From the NCBI GenBank assembly GCA_964482725.1, contig CAYZYT010000001.1, forward strand, positions 186,061 to 250,060: a stretch of DNA of 64,000 bases, written 5' to 3'. The position numbers were made by a program, and so were the translations under genes. Shown in pieces: positions 27,349 to 38,083 of the stretch (its first letter is position 1; each line of letters begins with the position of its first letter). This stretch comes from an uncultured bacterium. Lineage in GTDB: Bacteria; Omnitrophota; Omnitrophia; Omnitrophales; Aquincolibacteriaceae. The notes beneath the pieces were generated by a model. That model had not been told where the DNA came from. It made no database searches and saw only the letters and a list, made by a program, of their open reading frames with translations.

Positions 27349-27486
27349 CCCGGTAACCCAACTTCCCTCATTCGAACACATCTCAAACTTTCGAATGTTC
27401 GGGATTGTGGTTTTGCCCGCAGAGCACTCTGCGGGTCCGCCGCACGATGCGGCGAACGTCACCTGATCTCTCAGGTTTTGCCCTTA
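27349..27486 (-). ncRNA. c-di-GMP-I (GEMM-I)-like riboswitch interrupted by a 41-nt double hairpin
   Basis: AAGGGCAAAACCTGA-GAGA-TCAGGTGACG [insert] CAAAACCACAATCCCGAA...GGGAAGTTGGGTTACCG, in the 5' UTR of rlpA. Confidence 0.7.
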
Positions 27487-27586
27487 CAAAAAAGCTAACA
27501 TATGTATTTCAGATTGGCAAATGAGAGGGGCTCCATTCTTAAAAACAGAGACTTCCGGAGAAGGGTATGTCCTCAGAGAAAGCGAA

Positions 27587-30163
27587 CTAGCCGAAGTAGC
27601 AGACGACTTTTTGGGAGAGGATGTCAGCGGCGATCTTGAGTTCGTTCTTTTTTACGTCAAAAACCTTAACCACATGTTCGTATTTTTTATATTCCGGGGC
27701 CAGTTTTTTGAGCGTCTTGGGGATCGCATCAAAGAATTTCTGGTCCACCGAAACCCCTGCATCGCCCGGGAAAAGAGCTACATAGAAGATCCCCGTTTCC
27801 ACAAGGTCCTGGAAGAAATGCGTCCCGAACGAGATCTCAGGGGATGCGTTCTCCGTCACAAACGCGATCTCTCCAAGCACGGTAATGTGGTTGATCTCGG
27901 CAAAAGAGACCGGCACCCCCAAAGACGGCGTGGTGGTTCCCCACCGGCCCGGGCCCAAAAGCATGACAGCTGTTTTCTCTTTATTCTCGATCTTGCGATT
28001 GAGTTCTCCCACAGCGCGCGCAATATCATAACGCTCCGATTGTGTCTCCAGCCCGCAATAAGCCTCGGGATCTACGTAGATGATCCTGTCGATCGCCTGC
28101 AAAATGTTCCCGCCCAGAAAATTCCCCTTCGACTGAAAGAGAATTTTGTCCTTGGGGATCGTTTTCGGGATCTTGACGCGCTGCCCCAGTCCCTTGGTCT
28201 GCATCGGCCGGCATTGAAGCAGGTTCACCTGAAATTCCCCGTTCTTTTTAAAATTGACCGTGAATTCGATGTCCACAGGATAGCCATAAGCCGTTTCCAA
28301 TGTTTTCAGGATCTTTTGCATGATCTGGCCAAACTCGGTTTTGGAGACCAGGTTGTCGAAGGTAATGATCCAAGGCTCTTCCTCCGATCCCATCGCCCGC
28401 AACTTTTCCGCAACCTCATGATCTTTGATCGCGAGCAGCTCCAGGGGCATCTCCACCTTTTGTTTCAGTAATTCCCTAAAAGAGATCGTTTGCAGCACAT
28501 TTTCTTTGACGTTCAGGACATCCACATCGTGCTGGGAAAACCTTTGCGTCGCTGCCATCCCCGCATACGCCTTGAGAAGGGGCTCATCGAGCGCTACGAC
28601 CCTCGGATAATCCCCTTCGACACGGTTGACCGCGCGCGTCCCGAGCCCGAGAACGAGACGCAGCATCCCGGCCTTGGGATCCAACCCGTTTTTCCAGACA
28701 AAAACGTTTTGCGAGATCCCGACGCCGGCAGCATCCGGAAAAAAATAATCCTGATGATAAGCGCCGGAGACCCGCTGGACCAAAAGCGCCATTTGTTCGT
28801 CCATCTGATCCAACCCGCGCTGCAGCCGATAGGCCAAGGCATCCGGGTTCATGGTGGAGGCATAGATCCGGCGAACCGCCTCGACGAACTTCGCATACCG
28901 CTCGTCCGGTGTCCCCTGATTGACGAGAAAAACACTTTCATACTTCCCGGCGAAGGCATTCCCGTAACTATCTTCGAGCAAACTGCTGGAGCGGACGATG
29001 ATCGGCGACTGCCCGAAATATTCGATCATCTGAAGGAACTGGTCCTTGATCTCCTCGGGGAAAACGCCCCGGGACAATTCCTCATGGAGTTTCCCCGCCA
29101 CTTCAAAATAACCCTCGGGGGTCCTCTGCGTCATATGGTCTTTCCACAAGCCATTTTCAACGATGTAGGTATAGAACACATCGGAGCCAATGTAGAAAGA
29201 ATCGTGAGGCTCGAAAAGCTTCCCCACCTCCAGAGATTTTTCTTTTAACAAGATGCTCCGGGCGATCAACATCCCCACGGATTTACCGCCGATAAATCCG
29301 GTCCCGATCATCCTCGATTTGATGTTCAATAGATCCTCAAGCGCAAAATTCCCTTTGGCGAGAGCCAGCATTTTTTCATCTCGGGCTAGCACGATCCTGC
29401 ACAACTGGTCCATCATCTGTTCTTTCACTTCACGCGAACCGCTCTTCTGGCCCGCAAGATCCTCCGCCTTCATGAACAGCTGATCCCAATAGTCCAGATT
29501 CCGCTTGGCGCTCTTGGCTCCTTTTTTAAAGATCTCGGAAAAAACCTTGGCCGTGTCGGCGCTATTGGCGATCGGGATGAATTTGTCCTTCTGCCGGACA
29601 TGGGGCAGGAACATCGTCGGAGAATACCGGTTCCAAACTTTCAGGAGATGGATGTAACAATCCCCGTGGTAATAATACACATCGATCAAAAGCTGGGTGG
29701 TATCCCGGATGCGCGCCACGGTCTTGAACGAATGCCGGTTCCTCAAAAGAGCAAAATAGGCGATCGTATTTAATTCATAGAGGTAAGGACAAGTGATCTT
29801 GAAAAAATTTCCGATCATGAGGTCATTGGCCCAGGCGGAGAGCAGGTCGGAGAGGCAATCAAAAACATAAAAAACGCCTTCCCCCTCTTTTTTCGCGATA
29901 CTGTGGATCTCGGCGGAAAAAGGTTCAAAGCCCATATGCGGGTCGAGATGGTAGACCGTGATGTTCTTGTCCGCCTTCAAGAGGGGTTCGTGATTGGCAA
30001 AGCGGATGTAGACGAGTTTTCTTTTTTCCTCGAGGGCTTTTTGGACAAACGGGGTAACGAATTCCACATAATGATGGATCGCGTCGACTTGCCAGACCAC
30101 ATTGTCGCCCAACCGCAATCCTGTGGTTACTTTATCGAGACCCTTCACGCCTGAGCTGATCAA
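27587..30163 (-). CDS. PEP/pyruvate-binding (PPDK_N-like) protein with a degenerate KaiC/RecA-like N-terminal domain
   Basis: SSGVKGLD..GLRLGDNVV, IGGKSVG, VRSSSLLED, FAGKYES, VDIEF, LLQCRP and GPGRWG motifs. Confidence 0.85.
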   Translation of the reverse strand: MISSGVKGLDKVTTGLRLGDNVVWQVDAIHHYVEFVTPFVQKALEEKRKLVYIRFANHEPLLKADKNITVYHLDPHMGFEPFSAEIHSIAKKEGEGVFYVFDCLSDLLSAWANDLMIGNFFKITCPYLYELNTIAYFALLRNRHSFKTVARIRDTTQLLIDVYYYHGDCYIHLLKVWNRYSPTMFLPHVRQKDKFIPIANSADTAKVFSEIFKKGAKSAKRNLDYWDQLFMKAEDLAGQKSGSREVKEQMMDQLCRIVLARDEKMLALAKGNFALEDLLNIKSRMIGTGFIGGKSVGMLIARSILLKEKSLEVGKLFEPHDSFYIGSDVFYTYIVENGLWKDHMTQRTPEGYFEVAGKLHEELSRGVFPEEIKDQFLQMIEYFGQSPIIVRSSSLLEDSYGNAFAGKYESVFLVNQGTPDERYAKFVEAVRRIYASTMNPDALAYRLQRGLDQMDEQMALLVQRVSGAYHQDYFFPDAAGVGISQNVFVWKNGLDPKAGMLRLVLGLGTRAVNRVEGDYPRVVALDEPLLKAYAGMAATQRFSQHDVDVLNVKENVLQTISFRELLKQKVEMPLELLAIKDHEVAEKLRAMGSEEEPWIITFDNLVSKTEFGQIMQKILKTLETAYGYPVDIEFTVNFKKNGEFQVNLLQCRPMQTKGLGQRVKIPKTIPKDKILFQSKGNFLGGNILQAIDRIIYVDPEAYCGLETQSERYDIARAVGELNRKIENKEKTAVMLLGPGRWGTTTPSLGVPVSFAEINHITVLGEIAFVTENASPEISFGTHFFQDLVETGIFYVALFPGDAGVSVDQKFFDAIPKTLKKLAPEYKKYEHVVKVFDVKKNELKIAADILSQKVVCYFG

Positions 30164-30233
30164 AAAAAACTCTCCTTTTTATTCCTTTTAAAATGCGTGT
30201 CTCTGCCGGACCGCGTCCTCAAAGCCGAACCTT

Positions 30234-33200
30234 CTACTTACTCTTCAGGCCTTGATAATCCTGGATCGACCGGACATCCAGTTCATTATCCTTGACGGCC
30301 TGGAGTCCCCGGAGCGCCGCGCGCGCGGCGCTTAGCGTGGTAATACACGGGATACTGAAGGCGACCGCGAGGGACCGGATCTTTCCTTCATCTAGCATCG
30401 GACCTTTCCCGCTCGGCGTATTGATAATGAGGTCCATTTTCTTATTCCGGACCCAATCCCCGATATTCGGGCTCCCTTCCGTGATCTTCAAGATCTCCTG
30501 GACGGGCACCCGGTGATCTTTCAGCACCTGGGTGGTCCCCCGGGTCGACACGACCTTGAACCCGAGGCGATGGAATTCCCTGGCGATTTCGGCAATCTTG
30601 GATTTGTCGGAATCCTTCACGCTGATAAAAACCGTACCCTTCCGCGGGATGCAGCTCATCGCCGCATCCTGGGATTTATAGAAGGCCCTCCCGAAATCCT
30701 TGTCGATCCCCATCACCTCTCCGGTGGATTTCATTTCCGGAGAAAGAATGATATCGACCCCCGGGAACTTCACGAACGGAAAGACGGATTCTTTGACGGC
30801 GACATGTTTCGGAATGATCTCTTCCGTGAATTTCAATTCTTTAAGCGTTTTACCTGCCATAAGCTGGGCGGCAAGTTTCGCCAGCGGGACCCCGATCGTT
30901 TTACTCACGAACGGCACCGTCCGCGATGCGCGGGGGTTCACTTCCAGACAAAAGATCTGGTCCTTCTGGATCGCATATTGAACATTCATAAGCCCCACCA
31001 CGCCGAGTTCCTTCGCGATCTGCTTGGTCTTCTGAACGATCTCTTCCACGATCTCACGCGAAATGGAGAACGGAGGAATGACGGACGCGCTGTCCCCGGA
31101 ATGAATACCGGCTTCCTCGATATGTTCCATGACAGAGCCGACGACCGAGATCTTTCCGTCCGAAATAAGATCGACATCCATTTCGGTCGCATCTTCCAGG
31201 AACTTATCGATCAACACAGGATGGTCGCCACTGGCCTCCACCGCCTGTTTCATGTATTTTTTGAGCGAAGTCTGGTCGTAGGCGATCTCCATAGCGCGTC
31301 CCCCCAATACATAGGACGGCCGGACCACGACCGGGTAACCGATCCGTTTGGCAACCTCGCAGGCCTCCTCGAGACTTTTGGCGATCCCGTTCGCAGGCTG
31401 GGATAAGCGTATTTTCTTTAAAAGTTTTTTGAATTTGTCCCGGTCTTCCGCCCGATCGATCGCCTCCACGGAAGTTCCGAGGATCCGCACACCGTTCGCC
31501 TTTAGCGCCTTGGCAAGATTAAGCGGCGTTTGGCCGCCGAGCTGCAAGATAACCCCCAACGGTTTTTCGTTCTCATAGATATTGAGGACATCTTCCAGCG
31601 TAAGCGGTTCGAAGAAAAGTTTATCCGAGGTGTCATAATCCGTACTCACGGTCTCAGGGTTGGAGTTGACCATGATCGTTTCATAGCCCATTTTCTTGAG
31701 CGCCAGCACCGCGTGGACACAACAATAATCGAATTCGATCCCCTGTCCGATGCGGTTCGGCCCGCCCCCGAGGATCATGATCTTCTTTTTCCGGCTGGGG
31801 TTCGATTCGTCCTCGTCTTCATAAGTCGAATAAAAGTACGGGGTGTACGCCTTGAATTCAGCGGCGCAGGTATCCACCAATTTATAGACCGGTTTAATAC
31901 CCAAAGCCTTACGCTTTTTCCTCACGTCTTTTTCCTGAAGTCCCCAAAAGAAAGCCAGCTGCCGGTCGGAGAATCCATATTGCTTAGCCTTGCGCATGAG
32001 CGCATCCTGCTGCTTCGGTTTTCCCTGCGCTGCAAGCAATTCCCCTTCAAGATCAATGATCTGCTTGAGTTGCGCCAGGAACCACGGATCGACCCCTGTT
32101 TTTTCATAGATCTCCTCGGTGGTGTACCCGGCCAGATAAGCATATTTCAGATAAAAGATCCTGTCTTCCCGTGGGACCTTCGCACACGCAAAGATCTTCT
32201 CACGAAGGGTCTTGTCCAGCGGGACGGTCTTGAGAAATTGAAGATAAGATTCGCGCGTTTTAAGCGTGAGGTCGAAGATCTTATCCTTGCCGTCGCCCCC
32301 GAACCCGAAGCGCTTCGTTTCAAGCGATCGCAAGCCCTTTTGAAACGCCTCCTTGAACGTGCGGCCGATGGACATTACCTCGCCCACGGACTTCATTTGG
32401 GTCGATAAGCGGTCATCCACGCCCTCGAATTTTTCAAAGGCAAAGCGCGGGATCTTGACCACGCAGTAGTCGATCGAAGGTTCGAACGAGGCCGGAGTGT
32501 ATTTGGTAATATCGTTGGGGATCTCATCCAACGTCAACCCGACCGCGAGTTTGGCCGCGAATTTTGCGATCGGAAATCCCGTCGCCTTGGAGGCAAGGGC
32601 TGAAGATCTGGAAACGCGCGGATTCATCTCAATGATGACCATGCGACCCGTTTTGGGGTCAACCGCGAACTGAACGTTCGAACCCCCGGTCTCGATCCCG
32701 ATCTCGGACATGACTTTGCGTGCGGCATCGCGCATCCGCTGGTACTCCCGGTCCGTCAAGGTCTGGGCCGGCGCCACGGTAATGGAATCACCGGTATGAA
32801 CTCCCATCGGATCCAGATTCTCGATCGAACAAATGACCACAAAGTTGTCGTTCGTGTCACGCATCACTTCCAGCTCATACTCTTTCCATCCGACGATCGA
32901 TTCTTCGATCAAGATCTCATGCACACGGCTGTAATCCAGCCCTGTGCGCGCCGTAGTCCGGAGCTCTTCAATATTATGGCAAACTCCGCTCCCGGAACCT
33001 CCCAGCGTAAAACTCGCCCGAACGATCACCGGATAGCCGATCTTTTCGGCCACCTTCTCGGCTTCCTCCAGAGAGTAGGCAAAATCACTTTTAGGGAGAT
33101 CCAGGCCGATCTTTTGCATGGCCCGCTTGAACTCCTCACGATTCTCGGCTTTTTTGATCGCCTCGTATTTCGCGCCGATCATTTCGACATGATGGCGCTG

Positions 33201-33524
33201 GAACACTCCCGCTTCATAGGCCTCGACCGCAAGGTTCAGTCCGGTCTGCCCGCCCATGGTCGGCAGCACCGCGTCGGGTTTTTCTTTGATGATCACTTTT
33301 TCAAGAAATTCCACGGTGAGCGGCTCGATGTAGGTCGCGTCCGCGAGATCCGGGTCGGTCATAATGGTCGCAGGATTTGAATTGATGAGCGCCACCTTGT
33401 AGCCCTCTTCCTTCAAGGCCTTCACGGCTTGAGCGCCCGAATAATCAAACTCGCAGGCCTGACCGATGATGATCGGCCCGGACCCGATGATGAGGATTTT
33501 TTTGATGTCGGTTCTTTTAGGCAT
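30234..33524 (-). CDS. carB: Carbamoyl-phosphate synthase large subunit
   Basis: [17 protein letters not shown], duplicated ATP-grasp domains and MGS domain. Confidence 0.99.
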   Translation of the reverse strand: MPKRTDIKKILIIGSGPIIIGQACEFDYSGAQAVKALKEEGYKVALINSNPATIMTDPDLADATYIEPLTVEFLEKVIIKEKPDAVLPTMGGQTGLNLAVEAYEAGVFQRHHVEMIGAKYEAIKKAENREEFKRAMQKIGLDLPKSDFAYSLEEAEKVAEKIGYPVIVRASFTLGGSGSGVCHNIEELRTTARTGLDYSRVHEILIEESIVGWKEYELEVMRDTNDNFVVICSIENLDPMGVHTGDSITVAPAQTLTDREYQRMRDAARKVMSEIGIETGGSNVQFAVDPKTGRMVIIEMNPRVSRSSALASKATGFPIAKFAAKLAVGLTLDEIPNDITKYTPASFEPSIDYCVVKIPRFAFEKFEGVDDRLSTQMKSVGEVMSIGRTFKEAFQKGLRSLETKRFGFGGDGKDKIFDLTLKTRESYLQFLKTVPLDKTLREKIFACAKVPREDRIFYLKYAYLAGYTTEEIYEKTGVDPWFLAQLKQIIDLEGELLAAQGKPKQQDALMRKAKQYGFSDRQLAFFWGLQEKDVRKKRKALGIKPVYKLVDTCAAEFKAYTPYFYSTYEDEDESNPSRKKKIMILGGGPNRIGQGIEFDYCCVHAVLALKKMGYETIMVNSNPETVSTDYDTSDKLFFEPLTLEDVLNIYENEKPLGVILQLGGQTPLNLAKALKANGVRILGTSVEAIDRAEDRDKFKKLLKKIRLSQPANGIAKSLEEACEVAKRIGYPVVVRPSYVLGGRAMEIAYDQTSLKKYMKQAVEASGDHPVLIDKFLEDATEMDVDLISDGKISVVGSVMEHIEEAGIHSGDSASVIPPFSISREIVEEIVQKTKQIAKELGVVGLMNVQYAIQKDQIFCLEVNPRASRTVPFVSKTIGVPLAKLAAQLMAGKTLKELKFTEEIIPKHVAVKESVFPFVKFPGVDIILSPEMKSTGEVMGIDKDFGRAFYKSQDAAMSCIPRKGTVFISVKDSDKSKIAEIAREFHRLGFKVVSTRGTTQVLKDHRVPVQEILKITEGSPNIGDWVRNKKMDLIINTPSGKGPMLDEGKIRSLAVAFSIPCITTLSAARAALRGLQAVKDNELDVRSIQDYQGLKSK

Positions 33525-33539
33525 AATTAAATTTTTCCC

Positions 33540-33601
33540 GTCATTCTGAGGGCAAAGCCCGAAGAATCTCGTGTAAGATCCTTCGCTACGCTCAGGATGA
33601 C
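33540..33601. repeat. GTCAT REP-like element, copy 4
   Basis: gtcattctgagggcaaagcccgaagaatct...agatccttcgctacgctcaggatgac. Confidence 0.85.
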
Positions 33602-33605
33602 GCTG

Positions 33606-34724
33606 TTAAACATTTTTTTCGATCAGGTCATAAAAACGGGTAAAGAGATAGTCGCTGTCATGCGGCCCCGGAGCATTCTCGGGGTGATATTGCACGCTGA
33701 AGAGCGGGTGTTTCTTGTGCTGCAGCCCCTCAAGTGTTTTATCATTCAAATTGATATGGGTGATCTCGACCTCGCCCTTGGGAAGCGTATCGACATTCAC
33801 CACAAAGTTATGGTTCTGGGAGGTGATCTCGATCTTCCGCGTCTTGAGGTCCATGACCGGCTGGTTATTGCCATGATGCCCGAACTTGAGCTTCGAGGTC
33901 TTCCCGCCGAGCGCCTGCCCGATCATCTGATGCCCGAGGCAGATCCCGAACATGGGCTTTTTCCCGATAAGTTTGCGGACCGTTTCAACCAGATACTTCA
34001 CCACCGAAGGATCGCCGGGACCGTTCGAGAGAAAGATCCCGTCCGGCTGGTAGGCCAGAATCTCGTCGGCCATCGCGGTCGCGGGAACGACTTGAACATG
34101 AAAGCCGTGCTGGTTGAGTTTCCGGAGGATATTCCATTTCGTTCCGCTATCCACAGCCACGACCTTGAATCTTCTCTTTTTTTGTTCACCCCAGGCGAAT
34201 TCTGCGGGCATGACCTCGTCGAACACAAAAGGTTTCTGGCACATCACCTCTTTGACAAGATCGACGCCTTCGATACCGGGAGATCTTTTGGCTTTCTGGA
34301 TGAGTTTTTTGGGATCCAGTTCCTGCGTGGAGATAACCGCTTTCTTCGCGCCGACGGTCCTGAGGTGCTTCACAAGCTTGCGGGTGTCGATCCCTTGGAT
34401 ACCGAGGATATTGTATTTTTTGAGGTATTGGTCGAGCGTCATCTCGGAGCGATAATTACTCACGATCGGGCTCAATTCCTTGATGATAAACCCTTCGACC
34501 CACGGCCGGGAGGACTCTCCATCCGCCGCATTGATGCCATAATTGCCGATATGCGGGTAGGTCATGCAGACCATCTGACCTTTATAGGAAGGATCGGTCA
34601 GGATCTCTTGATAGCCGCTCAAGCCGGTATTAAAAACCACTTCCCCGAAAGTTTCGCCCTCGGCGCCGAAACCTTCGCCTTCAAACCACACACCATCCTC
34701 GAGCGCTAGTATTGCTTTCTTCAT
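33606..34724 (-). CDS. carA: Carbamoyl-phosphate synthase small subunit
   Basis: GEVVFNT, SNGPGDP, GICLGHQ and QYHPE motifs. Confidence 0.99.
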   Translation of the reverse strand: MKKAILALEDGVWFEGEGFGAEGETFGEVVFNTGLSGYQEILTDPSYKGQMVCMTYPHIGNYGINAADGESSRPWVEGFIIKELSPIVSNYRSEMTLDQYLKKYNILGIQGIDTRKLVKHLRTVGAKKAVISTQELDPKKLIQKAKRSPGIEGVDLVKEVMCQKPFVFDEVMPAEFAWGEQKKRRFKVVAVDSGTKWNILRKLNQHGFHVQVVPATAMADEILAYQPDGIFLSNGPGDPSVVKYLVETVRKLIGKKPMFGICLGHQMIGQALGGKTSKLKFGHHGNNQPVMDLKTRKIEITSQNHNFVVNVDTLPKGEVEITHINLNDKTLEGLQHKKHPLFSVQYHPENAPGPHDSDYLFTRFYDLIEKNV

Positions 34725-34973
34725 GGTATTTACCTGGGGTAAGTGCATCCGTGGGCTTCCGTACGTACTATCAGAAGGCCTTCATTTCGGCGCATAGAAT
34801 ACTTCAGGTTCTCATAACTGTCCAGCGCGGCGGATCCTCCGAAAAATTATGAAATCCCGTTCGCTGGGTGTTGAAAAGTCCCGGCCCTGCCCCAGCCTTC
34901 CCGAGAGCTAATGGGTTGGCTGGAACAATCACCAGGGGAGGTGATCTTGGGCCGGGATGAAATTTATTAAACT

Positions 34974-35009
34974 GGAACAGATCTGCTTTGCTTTCCAAGA
35001 CCTGTCCCT
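34974..35009. repeat. Degenerate intergenic copy of the GGGACAGGTCC palindrome
   Basis: ggaacagatctgctttgctttccaagacctgtccct, aligning to the valS copy at 8880-8915. Confidence 0.7.
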
Positions 35010-35018
35010 CAGGGTCTC

Positions 35019-36350
35019 CTAGAATAGATAGCTTAACTGCCCGCCTAGCGTGTTTTGCTGATTTTTTCCTCCAAACACATTTCCATCGCCGGCATGGGCA
35101 TAATCGATCCGATATTCCGCTCGGGCGATCACGTTCTCCCACGGCTTATACTCAAGCGTCAGGGTATTGGCAACGTCCCTGGCAGCTCCCGCGGTGCCAG
35201 CTCCGGTCCAATTCCGGTAACGCTCGCTATCATCGAAATATTCGAAACGGTAAGCCGCCGCGATCTTCTCGGTGAATTGGTACCGCGCATAGGCCGCATA
35301 ATCGAACCACTGCGCCGTTTGGAAATTGTCGTCCATCGCAATATCCACGCGCGGTTGATTCCCGATATCGAATTCTCCGGCGAAAGCGAGCTTCGGGGTC
35401 GCGTTCCAGCTGAGAACGTTTGTGGCCAAAAAGCGCTTCCCGCCACTTGCAGCGTTGTTCTCAGGCCCAAAATAGGTCGCCGTGGTCCATTTGACGTCCT
35501 TGAGCGGGCTGAAGCTGAACGCGTTTTCAAACGTCTTGTACGAGTTGTTGTCGATATCGTTATCCCAACCGTTATTGATACCTTGATAGAGGGTCAGGTA
35601 ATCGTTAAACAGAGCATACGTCGCCCGAACCCCGGTATGCGTAAAAGGGATCGCATAACCGAACGACACCGAACGGCTGATATTCCAGTTGAACGGACCC
35701 TCGATCACTTCATTTCCCGCCAAAGTGACCATCCGACCGGCTTTGATATCTACGGTGTGCGGCAGAACATCGTTATTGGCCCAAAAACCAAGCGGCGCGA
35801 TGATTTGGACATAGGCCTGCTCGACGGCAAAAGGTGAGTTGCCGCTGCTCCCACCATTCGGTGTCCCGAGATTATCCTTCTGGAAATTATTAAAGTAATA
35901 GCGAGCGTCGCTCCCCATCATCATATCAATGCGGAATCCGGCGCCGCCTTCAGGGTTCGCGACTTTCTCGAACCAGAGCTTGGCCGCATTCATGGAAAAA
36001 GTGTCAGCGGCCTTATCCGTAAGCGAACGCCCCACATTTCCATTTTGCTGCGGCGCCCCAACCTTATTTTGGAATTGGGTTTCCACATAACCGCCCATAT
36101 GGATATCCTCCATGGCCCGGAGAAAACCTTTCTTCTCATCGGCCACCGGCGGGATATAAGTCGTCTGGGCGCCCGGCGCTGGCTTTTCCAGGGTCATCAT
36201 TTTGCTGTCCATGACCTCCAGTTTCCGGCTCAGCGCATCGATCTGCGCTTTGAGCGCCGCAACCTCACTGTCCTCGGCGAAGCCAAGCGCAGACCCCATA
36301 CACATCCCGATCAAGCAAAACCCTGAAAAACCACGGAATAGCCTGTTCAT
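35019..36350 (-). CDS. Outer-membrane beta-barrel porin with an N-terminal coiled coil, in the amtB operon
   Basis: Signal peptide, coiled coil, VEQAYV, IPFTHTGVR and RAEYRID motifs, C-terminal Phe. Confidence 0.8.
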   Translation of the reverse strand: MNRLFRGFSGFCLIGMCMGSALGFAEDSEVAALKAQIDALSRKLEVMDSKMMTLEKPAPGAQTTYIPPVADEKKGFLRAMEDIHMGGYVETQFQNKVGAPQQNGNVGRSLTDKAADTFSMNAAKLWFEKVANPEGGAGFRIDMMMGSDARYYFNNFQKDNLGTPNGGSSGNSPFAVEQAYVQIIAPLGFWANNDVLPHTVDIKAGRMVTLAGNEVIEGPFNWNISRSVSFGYAIPFTHTGVRATYALFNDYLTLYQGINNGWDNDIDNNSYKTFENAFSFSPLKDVKWTTATYFGPENNAASGGKRFLATNVLSWNATPKLAFAGEFDIGNQPRVDIAMDDNFQTAQWFDYAAYARYQFTEKIAAAYRFEYFDDSERYRNWTGAGTAGAARDVANTLTLEYKPWENVIARAEYRIDYAHAGDGNVFGGKNQQNTLGGQLSYLF

Positions 36351-36391
36351 AAGCTTCTCCTTTTCTGTGCTCGTATTGAAATCGACCGGGA

Positions 36392-36733
36392 TCACCCGAT
36401 CGCCACTTCGCCTACTTCGCCAGTACGAATGCGAAAACACTCTTTGAGATCGAGAACAAAGATCTTGCCGTCCCCGATATGCCCCGTCCGCGAGCCTTCC
36501 TTGATCGCATCCACCGTCGCTTTCACGAAGGCTTCATTGACCGCGATCTCAAGTTTCACTTTTCGGAGGAGCCTTCCTGCTTCTTTATGGCCCCGGTAGA
36601 CCTCCGAAATGCCCTTCTGACGCCCGCGCCCCAAAACACTTGTGACCGTCACGAGATGGATCTCTTTTTCTTCAAGGATCCGAAGCACTTCATCCACCCG
36701 GTCCGGTTGGATCACTGCAATGATATATTTCAT
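36392..36733 (-). CDS. glnK: P-II nitrogen regulator
   Basis: GRGRQKG, TGHIGDGKIFV and RIRTGE motifs; adjacent to amtB. Confidence 0.9.
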   Translation of the reverse strand: MKYIIAVIQPDRVDEVLRILEEKEIHLVTVTSVLGRGRQKGISEVYRGHKEAGRLLRKVKLEIAVNEAFVKATVDAIKEGSRTGHIGDGKIFVLDLKECFRIRTGEVGEVAIG

Positions 36734-36754
36734 GATACGCCTCCCTTTTTCTCG

Positions 36755-38083
36755 TTAGTCTAAGATGGTGTAGCCGGATTCACGATGTTGCGTGAGATCC
36801 AACCCGATGCGTTCTTCATCCTCAGAAACTCGCAAACCCATCAGGGCATCCACGATCTTCAGAAGGACAAAAGAGACGATGAATGAATAAACAATGGTAA
36901 TGACCACAGCCTTGAGCTGGATCAGAAAAAGTCCCGGGTTCCCATAAAAGAGCCCATTATTCCCAGCCGGGTTGACCTCTTTTGTCGCCCAAAGACCTGT
37001 GGCTAAGGCGCCCCAGATTCCGCCAACGCCATGCACACCAAAAGCATCGAGCGAATCGTCATAGCCGAATTTTGTTTTCACTACGGCGACGAAGAAATAG
37101 CAGATCAACGAAACCCCGACCCCGATCCAGATGGCATCCATGGGGCCCACAAACCCTGCGGCGGGCGTAATGGCGACAAGGCCGGCGACAGCACCCGTGA
37201 TCATGCCAAGCATGGTGGGCTTCTTGCTGATCTTCCATTCCAAGAAAGACCAGGTGAGGCCTGCAGCGGCCGCAGCGACATGCGTCACCACGAGGGCGCT
37301 TGTTGCAAGGCCATTGGCGCCCAGAGCACTTCCCCCATTAAATCCGAACCAACCGAACCATAGAATGCCCGCGCCAAGCACGGCAAACGGTAGGTTGTGC
37401 GGAGGCGACATATGGCTCGGGTAACCTTTCCTTTTCCCCAGCACGATGGCGCAGACCAGGGCCGCGACCCCCGCGTTTATATGCACCACAGTACCGCCGG
37501 CAAAATCCAGAGCGCCTGAATTTCTCAAAAATCCACCCACGCCCCACACCCAGTGGCAAACAGGGTCATAAACGAACGTGGCCCAAAGGAGCGAGAAGAC
37601 GACGAACGCAGAAAATTTCATGCGCTCCGCGAAAGCTCCCAGGATAAGACCCGGCGTGATGATGGCGAACATCGCTTGATAGATCATGAAGGCTTGATGC
37701 GGAACGGTTGCTGAATAATCCACGAAAGGCTCAAGGCCGACGCCGTGCAGGCCCGCCCAGCTCAAGCTCCCAATCATCCCTTTGATGTCCGGCCCAAACG
37801 AAAGGCTGTAACCAAAGATCACCCATTGAAGCGTGATAATGCACATCAACATAAAACATTGCATGAGCACGGAGAGCATGTTCTTCTTGCGGACCAAACC
37901 GCCGTAGAAGAACGCAAGTCCCGGCGTCATCAAAAAAACCAGGGCTGCCGAGAGCAACACCCAAGCCGTATCGCCTGTATTGATGATGGGCACAACCGCA
38001 TCCGCGGCCAGCGCCAGTTTCGAGATCCCCATGAGGACAAGAAATCCTGTCACTCCGAAAAGCCACCCCGTAAATCTTCTCAT
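36755..38083 (-). CDS. amtB: Ammonium transporter
   Basis: DFAGGTVVH, WFGWFGFN and DDSLDAFGVHG motifs. Confidence 0.98.
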   Translation of the reverse strand: MRRFTGWLFGVTGFLVLMGISKLALAADAVVPIINTGDTAWVLLSAALVFLMTPGLAFFYGGLVRKKNMLSVLMQCFMLMCIITLQWVIFGYSLSFGPDIKGMIGSLSWAGLHGVGLEPFVDYSATVPHQAFMIYQAMFAIITPGLILGAFAERMKFSAFVVFSLLWATFVYDPVCHWVWGVGGFLRNSGALDFAGGTVVHINAGVAALVCAIVLGKRKGYPSHMSPPHNLPFAVLGAGILWFGWFGFNGGSALGANGLATSALVVTHVAAAAAGLTWSFLEWKISKKPTMLGMITGAVAGLVAITPAAGFVGPMDAIWIGVGVSLICYFFVAVVKTKFGYDDSLDAFGVHGVGGIWGALATGLWATKEVNPAGNNGLFYGNPGLFLIQLKAVVITIVYSFIVSFVLLKIVDALMGLRVSEDEERIGLDLTQHRESGYTILD

